This document shows, one piece after another, positions 56,966-64,000 of a DNA stretch of 64,000 bases; within the stretch, counting starts at the first letter, position 1, and every line of letters starts with the position of its first letter. Below the pieces are notes generated by a model, which searched no databases, was not told the origin of the DNA, and saw nothing but the letters and a program-made list of their open reading frames with translations. The DNA is taken from NCBI GenBank assembly GCA_016874675.1, contig VGTL01000002.1, positions 9,021-73,020 of the forward strand. Reading direction: 5' to 3'. The DNA comes from Methanobacteriota archaeon. Lineage in GTDB: Archaea; Thermoplasmatota; DTKX01; VGTL01. Made by a program: the position numbers and the translations under genes.

Positions 56966-57313
56966 ATGCCGGGCGAAGAGGAGGCCTACGAATCCGATGC
57001 GGAGCCGCCGGAGGGAGGCGAGGAGTTCAGGGTCCGCCTGCCCCGCCGCAACGAGGGCGAACTCTTCGGGATCGCCGACCAGCTCCTCGGGGCCTCGCGC
57101 ATAAAGGTGATGTGCGCCGACGGAAAGACCCGGATGGCCCGCATCCCGGGGAAGATGAAGAAGCGGATGTGGATTCGGGAGGGGGACCTGGTCATCATCC
57201 GGCCCTGGAAGTTCCAGGATGAAAAATCCGACGTCCTGTGGCGCTACACGAAGACGCAGGCGAGCTACCTGAGCCGGCGCAAGCTCCTCCCCAAGGAGAT
57301 CGACATATTCTGA
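56966..57313 (+). CDS. eif1a: Translation initiation factor aIF-1A
   Basis: RVRLP, LLGASR..V.C.DG..R.ARIPGKMKKR.WIREGD, WRYT.TQ; TATAAATA at 56923-56930. Confidence 0.95.
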   Translation: MPGEEEAYESDAEPPEGGEEFRVRLPRRNEGELFGIADQLLGASRIKVMCADGKTRMARIPGKMKKRMWIREGDLVIIRPWKFQDEKSDVLWRYTKTQASYLSRRKLLPKEIDIF

Positions 57314-57335
57314 GGCGGTATTCCCGGGACCTTTC

Positions 57336-58184
57336 ATGCAATCCAGAGTTCTAGATTTCCTGGAGACCCGCGTCGACGCCCTCAAGCACAGGGACAAGGA
57401 CCAAGACGAGATGCGCCGCACCGGATCGGAGATCTTCGACGAGCGCACGCTGATGGTCCTCTACAAGCTCCTCAGCACGGGCGTGTTCGACACGCTCGAG
57501 TTCCCCATCTCTACTGGGAAGGAGGCCAACATCTTCCGGGGGACCAAGGGCGACCGGTTCGTCGCCGTCAAGATCTACCGCGTCGCCACGGCCACCTTCA
57601 AGAGCTTCGGCAAGTACATCATCGGCGACCCGCGCTTTAGGAGCATCGGCCGGGACCACCGCGGCCTCATCGGCCTTTGGGCCCAGAAGGAGTACAAGAA
57701 CCTGCTGCGCCTGGGAGAGGCGGGAGTGCGCGTCCCGGAGCCGATCACCTGCCGCGAGCACGTGCTTGTCATGGAGTACATCGGGCAGCCGGACGCCGCC
57801 GCCCCGATGTTGCGCGACGCCGGGCTCGACCGCGCCGGCCTCGAGCGCGTCAGGCACGAGGTGCTCGCATTCTTCGACCGCAGCCACAACCGGGCCGGCC
57901 TCGTCCACGGCGACCTGAGCGAGTACAACATACTCGTCGACCGCGGAAGGACCGTCTTCATCGACCTCGCCCAGGCGGTGGTGCTGGAACATCCGATGGC
58001 CGCGGAGCTCTTGGTGCGCGACCTGCACAACATGGCCGCCTGGTTCGGGAGGAAGGGCCTGCCGTTCGACTGGAAGGTCGTCCACAACCAGGTGCTCTCG
58101 AGGAGCAGGCGGCTCGTCTCGGACCGGTCAAAGGCGCGGCGGCGGACCCGGCGGGCCGGGCGCCGATGCGAAGAGGAGGAGTGA
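57336..58184 (+). CDS. rio1: RIO1-family Ser/Thr kinase
   Basis: ISTGKEANIF, AVKIYR, WAQKEYKNL, VHGDLSEYNIL, IDLAQAV. Confidence 0.94.
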   Translation: MQSRVLDFLETRVDALKHRDKDQDEMRRTGSEIFDERTLMVLYKLLSTGVFDTLEFPISTGKEANIFRGTKGDRFVAVKIYRVATATFKSFGKYIIGDPRFRSIGRDHRGLIGLWAQKEYKNLLRLGEAGVRVPEPITCREHVLVMEYIGQPDAAAPMLRDAGLDRAGLERVRHEVLAFFDRSHNRAGLVHGDLSEYNILVDRGRTVFIDLAQAVVLEHPMAAELLVRDLHNMAAWFGRKGLPFDWKVVHNQVLSRSRRLVSDRSKARRRTRRAGRRCEEEE

Positions 58185-58756
58185 GTGTGGAACATTTCCT
58201 GAAGATTCCCAGGGACAGGATCGGCGCCCTCATAGGACCCGGGGGCAGGGTCAAGCGGGAGATGGAGAAAAGGACGGGCATCCGGGTCGATGTCGAGTCC
58301 GAGACCGGGGAGGTCACCATCCACTACGATTCGGCCCGAGACCCGGCCCTGGTGCTAAAGGTCAACGACCTCGTGAAGGCCGTCGGCAGGGGGTTCTCCC
58401 CCCAGCGCGCCATGCGGCTGCTCAAGGACGACCAGTTCTTCGCCGTCATCGACATCCAGGACTACGTCGGCAAGAAGGTGGACCACGTCCGCCGGATGCG
58501 GGCGCGCGTCATAGGCACCGGCGGCAAGACCCGCCGGGTGATCGAGGAGCTCTCCGAGGCGGAGCTCTCCGTCTACGGCGACACCGTCGCCATCATCGGC
58601 GACCCGGTCTCGCTGGACATCGCCCGGACCGCGGTGGACATGATTCTCAACGGCTCGGAGCACTCGGCCGTCTACTCCTACCTTGAGCACACCAGGCGCG
58701 AGCGGCGGCTGGCCGAGCTCCGGCCCCCGGAGGACCGGGTCAAAGAGGAAGAATAA
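58181..58756 (+). CDS. KH-domain RNA-processing protein (Dim2/PNO1-like)
   Basis: IPRDRIGALIG.GG, AVGRGFSP, RVIGTGGKTR, GSEHSAVY; canonical aIF1A-RIO1-KH operon. Confidence 0.92.
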   Translation: MSVEHFLKIPRDRIGALIGPGGRVKREMEKRTGIRVDVESETGEVTIHYDSARDPALVLKVNDLVKAVGRGFSPQRAMRLLKDDQFFAVIDIQDYVGKKVDHVRRMRARVIGTGGKTRRVIEELSEAELSVYGDTVAIIGDPVSLDIARTAVDMILNGSEHSAVYSYLEHTRRERRLAELRPPEDRVKEEE

Positions 58757-58860
58757 AGGCAGCAGGCAACTGGCAGCGGGCAGTGGTGGGACGACGGACA
58801 ATCGTCCCCCGCTGCCCGCTGCCTCTGCCCCGCTGCCCCCCCGCCGCTCCCCGCTGCCCC
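58757..58860. repeat. Inverted pair (GGCAGCG-like)n ... (CCGCTGC)n around core GGGACGACGGACAATCGTCCCC
   Basis: Arms ~58757-58785 and ~58809-58860. Confidence 0.7.
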
Positions 58861-58872
58861 TTTCAACAAGAG

Positions 58873-59226
58873 CTAGGAAAAACTTGGCGGTATTATGACC
58901 ACGAAGTACCGGGCCTTCTTCTTGCCGGGGTTCCGCAGCGTGTGCGGCACCTCGGAGGCATGCCAGAGGCAGTCCCCCTCCTTGAGACAGTATTTCTTGC
59001 CGGCGATGTCCACCTCGAGGGTCCCTTCTAGGAGGTATCGTATCTCCTCGCCCCGGTGGGAGTAGGCCTCGCCCCAGTCGGTTCCCGGCTCGACCGTGAC
59101 CAGCAGGCCCTCCATGTTTTCGGACCTGGCGAGCACCTGGATGGACTTCCCGTCAATGGTCTGGATCGTGGCGCCGCCGCTCTCCCGGGGTTCCTCCTCC
59201 GCCGGCATCTTCCCCTGCCCCGTCAA
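58873..59226 (-). CDS. Cupin domain protein (resembles the sensor cupin of XRE regulators, no HTH)
   Basis: YSHRGEE..YLLEG.L, LKEGD, PH.LRN. Confidence 0.8.
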   Translation of the reverse strand: MTGQGKMPAEEEPRESGGATIQTIDGKSIQVLARSENMEGLLVTVEPGTDWGEAYSHRGEEIRYLLEGTLEVDIAGKKYCLKEGDCLWHASEVPHTLRNPGKKKARYFVVIIPPSFS

Positions 59227-59319
59227 CGTGGAACGCCTTCACCGAATAAATAATCTGCCCAATCGAACCAAAAACTATAATTAGGGTCCACCGGCTAGAC
59301 CCTTATCGGAGGTGAAACG

Positions 59320-61377
59320 GTGCAAAGGGCGCTGCTTATGGTCCTTCTGTCCTGCCTGGTGGCCCAGGCCGCCGCCGTCCCGCTCACCCTTCCCGACCGC
59401 CCCGGCGCCCCTCCGGATTCCGCCGGGGAGGCGACCTACTCGTGGCCCGCCTGGTCCCGCGACGCCGACGGTGACCGGCTGGACGACGAGCTCGAGCACT
59501 GGATGGCGGGACCGGGGGACGGCCCCCTTCCCGTGGTCGTGTGCTACGACCGGCACCCCGGCCCCGCCCAGGAGCGCGCCCTGGAGCGCCTCGGGGGCCG
59601 TGTGGACTACACCTGCCGGTATGTCCCCTGCATCGTCGCGACATTGCCGGAGCCTTCCATAGGCGCGGCGCTGTCTCTGCCCGGCGTGGCCCGCCTCGAG
59701 GCCGCGGTGCCGCTCGCGCCCGCTCTCGACACCTCCGTCCCCTCCGTCGGCATCGACCGCGTCCGGGAGACCTCGGGCCTCCGGGGCACCGGGGTCACCA
59801 TCTGCGTCATCGACTCAGGGATCGACGCCAACCACACGGCCCTCGACGACCTCGACGACGTCAACACCACGAAGGACCCCAAGGTCATCGCATTCTACGA
59901 CGCCACCGACTCCACCGGCGTCACGGATGGCTCCACCCGGCCCTTCGACCTCGACGGCCACGGCACCCACGTCGCCGCCATTGCGGCCGGGACGGGGCAC
60001 GGAACGCCCGACTTCAGGTACATTGGCGCGGCGCCCGGCGCCCGGCTGGTCGGGGTGAAGATCCTCGAAAACGGAAGCGCATTGATATCCACCGACGACG
60101 CCCTGCGGGGCATCGAGTGGGCCATCACCAATAAGGACCGGTTCGGGACAAGGGTGCTGAGCATGTCCTTCGGGGCGGTGTTCGCGGCGCCCGGGATATC
60201 CAACGACGGCACATCCGCCATGAGCCAGCTTTGCAACCGTGCGGTGGCGGATGGCCTGGTGTGCGTCGTGGCGGCCGGGAACAACGGGCCGCTCCGGCGC
60301 TCCATCGCTCCCCCGGCCGACGCCATCGACGTCATCACGGTCGGCAACGTGGAGGACGACCACACCCTCAACCCGACCTCCTCCCGCGGCCCGGTCGGCC
60401 GCCTCACGAGCAGCTACACAAAGCCCGACGTCTGCGCCCCCGGGACGGACGTCTACTCGGCCGAGGCGGGCTCCGGCGACCGCTTCGCCACGAAGACCGG
60501 GACCAGCATGGCCTGCCCCCACGTGTCCGGGCTGGCGGCGTTGATGATAGAGGCCTCATCGGGCCTTCGCCCCCAGGACCTCAAGGACATCTTCCACAGC
60601 ACCGCCGAGCCCGGGAAGAGCGTGCCCTGGCAGTCCTCCCCCAACAACGACTACGGCTGGGGCACCGTGAACGCGCCGAGGGCCTTGGAGAACTGCACCA
60701 ACGGCACGCTCCCGCCGGTGGTCCACATCAACCCTCTGGAGAGGGCCAACGGCACCGCCCTCATCACCGGCACGGCGAGCTCGGCCAGGGGGACGGTCGT
60801 GTCGGTCGATGTCCGCATCGACGCCGGCGAGTACCGGACCGCCGCCGGCACGACCGTGTGGAGCTACAGCTGGGACACCACCGCATCCCAGAACGGGGCG
60901 CATACAGTCACCGCCCGGGCGTTCGACGGGACCATCTACTCCTACGAGTACCGGCTGGTGGTCACGGTGGACAACCTCTACGTCACGATCTCGACGCCGC
61001 CGGCGATACCGGTCAGCGGGGAGTACACCTTCTCGGGGAGAGCCGACGGCCTGGAGGTCCAAAGCGTCGAGGTCCGGATAGACTCCGGGCCCTGGACGGA
61101 GGCCCGGGACAGCTCCGGCTCCGGGTTCCGCACCTGGGACTTCACCCTCAACACCACCCGGCTCGCCAACGGCAGGCACCGCCTGGAGGCGCGGGCCTTC
61201 GACGGGTCGCGATACTCCCAGCTCTCCGACGTCGAGTTCGAGGTCAACAACCGCTCGGAGCCGCGGCCGGCGGGCGGGTCCGTACCTGGGTTCGAGGTGG
61301 CGGTCGTGCTTCTTTCGGCCCTGGCACTCCTGGCCGTCCGGGGCCGGAGGGGCCGTCAGGCCGGCCCCGGGGAGTGA
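59320..61377 (+). CDS. Subtilisin-family (S8) serine protease with Ig-like domains and PGF-CTERM anchor
   Basis: IDSG, HGTHVA, AAGN, GTSMACPHV; WDTT...NG.H Ig repeats; VPGF-TM-RGRR C-terminus. Confidence 0.92.
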   Translation: MQRALLMVLLSCLVAQAAAVPLTLPDRPGAPPDSAGEATYSWPAWSRDADGDRLDDELEHWMAGPGDGPLPVVVCYDRHPGPAQERALERLGGRVDYTCRYVPCIVATLPEPSIGAALSLPGVARLEAAVPLAPALDTSVPSVGIDRVRETSGLRGTGVTICVIDSGIDANHTALDDLDDVNTTKDPKVIAFYDATDSTGVTDGSTRPFDLDGHGTHVAAIAAGTGHGTPDFRYIGAAPGARLVGVKILENGSALISTDDALRGIEWAITNKDRFGTRVLSMSFGAVFAAPGISNDGTSAMSQLCNRAVADGLVCVVAAGNNGPLRRSIAPPADAIDVITVGNVEDDHTLNPTSSRGPVGRLTSSYTKPDVCAPGTDVYSAEAGSGDRFATKTGTSMACPHVSGLAALMIEASSGLRPQDLKDIFHSTAEPGKSVPWQSSPNNDYGWGTVNAPRALENCTNGTLPPVVHINPLERANGTALITGTASSARGTVVSVDVRIDAGEYRTAAGTTVWSYSWDTTASQNGAHTVTARAFDGTIYSYEYRLVVTVDNLYVTISTPPAIPVSGEYTFSGRADGLEVQSVEVRIDSGPWTEARDSSGSGFRTWDFTLNTTRLANGRHRLEARAFDGSRYSQLSDVEFEVNNRSEPRPAGGSVPGFEVAVVLLSALALLAVRGRRGRQAGPGE

Positions 61378-61531
61378 CGGCCGCGGCGGGGTCCCGCCGG
61401 CGGTGCGGAACCCGGTGCCCGACGGCACCGGTTCGTGGTCGGCGGCGGCGATGCCCGGCCGGGCCTGCCATGATTAGAACGATACTCCAATACTATTTTA
61501 TCGGTCTAGTACACTTGATGGTCCCGGGTAA

Positions 61532-64000
61532 ATGGCCAAATACCGGGCGCGGCGGCCTTCCCGCGGGTTTCGCCGCCTGCTCCAGCTTGGTGTCTTCCTC
61601 GCCCTGGCAGCCCCGCTGCCGATCCTCCCGGCCGCCGCGGGGGGCGCCCCGCCGCCGTTCGGCATCGGCGACTGGACGGTCACCGGCACGGAGCTTTTCA
61701 TCGACCGGGGCCTGGTCCTTGACGGGAACCTGACCGTCGCCGCCGGGGGCTCGCTCACGCTCGTCAACTCGTCGCTATTGTTTTTGCCGGGCCCGCACGA
61801 GCTCCGGGTGCTTTCGGGCGGGTCGCTCCGGATGCTCTCCGGCTCCTCGGCCTCCTCGTTCGACGCCACCGAGAAGGACCTCCACCGCGCCGGTTTCTGG
61901 GTGGAGCGGGGCGCCCGGGCCGAGTTCCGGAACGCCAGCTTCGACTCGATCGGCATCATCTACCGCTGGCAGGGCTCGACGAAGCTCGGGGGCGTGTGCG
62001 TCTACGCCGACGGGGCGGTGGTGGACAACTGCACCTTCTCGGGCAACTACATAGGCCTCACGCTATTCGACCGGGCCGCGGTCACCAACTGCCGTTTCAG
62101 CGAGAACGGCTGGGCCGGGGCCGTCTCCTACGGCGCCGACACGGAATGGACCGGCTGCACTTTCGTCCGCAACTTCTACGGCGCGGTCGCCTATCGCGGG
62201 AACCCGGCGTTCGAGCGCTGCTCGTTCACGGACAACGCCATCGGGGCCGCCGCCGACAGCACGGCCGTGAGGTTCTCGCGATGCGATTTCACGGACAACG
62301 TCCGCAAGGGGCTGTACGTGTCGCTCGAGCAGGGCTCCTCCCCCGTGCCGTCCGCCTCCCAGGTGCGCGCCGAATATTGCCTGTTCGAGAACAATTCGTA
62401 CGGCATAGACGGGGTGTTCTTCTACAGCGACGAGGGCGGCAACATCTGGCCGCTGGAGCACGAGCTTCTGCTCGTTGACCCCGCTTTCATCAAAAACCGG
62501 GAGGCGGGCATCAAGTGGGACCGGTTGATTCCCGACGGCGAGAAGCGCAGAAGCTCCTCCACCTGGACGGTGAGGGGGCGCTCGGAGGTGCTGGCCAACC
62601 GGGCGCTGTTCAAGGGCAACCTCATCGTCGAGGGCGAGCTTGATGTGTCCGGCTCCCAGCTCCTGGTGGACTGCGAGGACGACGGCTGGCAGCAGCTCGA
62701 GGTCCGCCCCGGCGGGCGGCTCAATGTTTCGGACAATTCGACGCTGGCGGCAGCCTCGGGCCACGCCTTCGCCCTCCGCTGCCGGCCGGGCTCATCTTTC
62801 GCGATGGACCGGTCGGTACTGCGCGGCTGCGGCTGGGACGCGTCGGAACCCTACCGCGCCGGCCCGCTCCTCGAGACGGGGGATGTGCGCCTTTCCCGCA
62901 CGACGGTCGCCTGGTGCCCGGCCGCCCTGGTCCTCGACGGCGCCCGGGGTGTGCTGGTCGAGGACTGCGCTCTCGGCGGGAACATCACGGGCCTGCTGAT
63001 GGACGGCTCCTCCGTCCTGCTCCGGAACTGCACGGTCGGGGCGCGGGGGCCATCCCGGTGCCGGCTGGACGGTGGCTCGTTCCTCGACAGCGTCAACTCG
63101 ACGGTCGACCGCTTCGGCATCGAGCTCCTCGACGAACGAAGCCGCGCCAACATCTCCTGGTACCTGGACGTCCTGGCCGTGTGGTCCGACGGGCGGCCGG
63201 CGGCCGGCGCGACCCTGGTGGTGACCGACGTGGACGGCGTCGAGGTCGCGGTGGCCGCCGCCGACGCCGGTGGGTCGGTGGACGACCTGGTGGTGCTGGA
63301 CACTTCCGTGACGCCCTCGGGCTACGAGGTCCGCACGCCCCACCACCTGAACTGCACCCTGGGCCCCGTCTGCAACGAGACCGACGTGGCGGTCACGTCC
63401 AGCCTGCGCGTCGAGCTCGTGCTCAGGGACACCGAGCCGCCGTCCATATCGGTCACCTCCCCACGGCCCGACGAGCACCTGGGGTCCCGCCGGGTGAGGC
63501 TTGCGGGCCTTGCGGAGGACAATTTGGCCCTGGCCACTGTGGCGCTGGTCCTGGACGGCCACCGCCGGCATCTCGTCCACCAGCAGGCGTCCGGCGGGCC
63601 CGCGCGAATCGACTGGGACCTCGTCGTGGAGCTGGCCGAGGGCCCCCACACGCTCGAGGCCCTGGCGGTGGACGCCGGCGGCACCTCCGCCAGATCCTCT
63701 TTCGGGTTCACGGTGGACGCCACGCCACCCAGGGTGTCCATCACCTCGCCGCGGGACCGCCACCTCACGAACGCCGCGGAGCTCGACGTGGAGGGCCGCA
63801 CGGAGCCGGGGACGGCCGTCGAGGTCAACGGCGTGCAGGCCCGGGTGGCCGGCGGCTCGTTCACCGCCCGGGTCCGCCTCTCCGAGGGTGAGAACCTCGT
63901 CACCGCCCGGGCCACGGACCGGGCGGGAAACCGGGACGAGGACTCAGTTTCGGTCCGGCTGGACTCCGTGCCCCCGGCCCTCTGGGTCTCGTTCTCGCCC
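61532..64000 (+). CDS. Large secreted beta-helix / Ig-like repeat protein, truncated at the window end
   Basis: ATG 61532 MAKYRARR..signal peptide; GDWTV..L.GNLTV..GG.LTL; NCTFSGN repeats; DT.PP...ITSP Ig repeats; start and end are in the same frame; absent from the ORF track because it has no stop. Confidence 0.75.
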   Translation, partial: MAKYRARRPSRGFRRLLQLGVFLALAAPLPILPAAAGGAPPPFGIGDWTVTGTELFIDRGLVLDGNLTVAAGGSLTLVNSSLLFLPGPHELRVLSGGSLRMLSGSSASSFDATEKDLHRAGFWVERGARAEFRNASFDSIGIIYRWQGSTKLGGVCVYADGAVVDNCTFSGNYIGLTLFDRAAVTNCRFSENGWAGAVSYGADTEWTGCTFVRNFYGAVAYRGNPAFERCSFTDNAIGAAADSTAVRFSRCDFTDNVRKGLYVSLEQGSSPVPSASQVRAEYCLFENNSYGIDGVFFYSDEGGNIWPLEHELLLVDPAFIKNREAGIKWDRLIPDGEKRRSSSTWTVRGRSEVLANRALFKGNLIVEGELDVSGSQLLVDCEDDGWQQLEVRPGGRLNVSDNSTLAAASGHAFALRCRPGSSFAMDRSVLRGCGWDASEPYRAGPLLETGDVRLSRTTVAWCPAALVLDGARGVLVEDCALGGNITGLLMDGSSVLLRNCTVGARGPSRCRLDGGSFLDSVNSTVDRFGIELLDERSRANISWYLDVLAVWSDGRPAAGATLVVTDVDGVEVAVAAADAGGSVDDLVVLDTSVTPSGYEVRTPHHLNCTLGPVCNETDVAVTSSLRVELVLRDTEPPSISVTSPRPDEHLGSRRVRLAGLAEDNLALATVALVLDGHRRHLVHQQASGGPARIDWDLVVELAEGPHTLEALAVDAGGTSARSSFGFTVDATPPRVSITSPRDRHLTNAAELDVEGRTEPGTAVEVNGVQARVAGGSFTARVRLSEGENLVTARATDRAGNRDEDSVSVRLDSVPPALWVSFSP

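Overview
GC-rich archaeal chromosomal window, most consistent with a Thermoplasmatota lineage: it has archaeal r-proteins S4e/L18e/L19e/L32e, no L14e/L34e in the secY-cmk region, a DUF6015-like gene and archaeal ThrRS. It carries a bacterial-type uvrBAC operon, the large L3-to-secY-cmk-cbf5 ribosomal superoperon, rpl18e-rpl13-rps9-rpoN followed by a Rab-like GTPase, ether-lipid genes (DGGGPS-GGGPS-DUF2070; a polyprenyl synthase), ion transporters, XPD, aIF1A-RIO1-KH, several large surface proteins and four tRNAs (Thr, Ile, intron-containing Gly, Cys). Unexplained signals: (1) a dispersed family of inverted 7/8-mer repeat elements, several sharing a core motif; most are 'empty' but one pair encloses a DUF5678-aspartic protease cassette, and related repeats lie in-frame inside rpl3 and rlmE; (2) a two-copy REP-like doublet with covariation; (3) a ~300-nt highly structured leader upstream of rpl3; (4) an 86-bp duplication of the tRNA-Ile 3' end; (5) tRNA-Cys with A73 and tRNA-Thr with C55; (6) eukaryote-like parts (Rab-like GTPase, FYVE-spaced Cys8 finger, roadblock); (7) long charged extensions on many ribosomal proteins; (8) an unannotated 53-aa ORF overlapping a nucleotidyltransferase. 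All calls are from reading the sequence by eye; no searches were run, and some start codons are uncertain.
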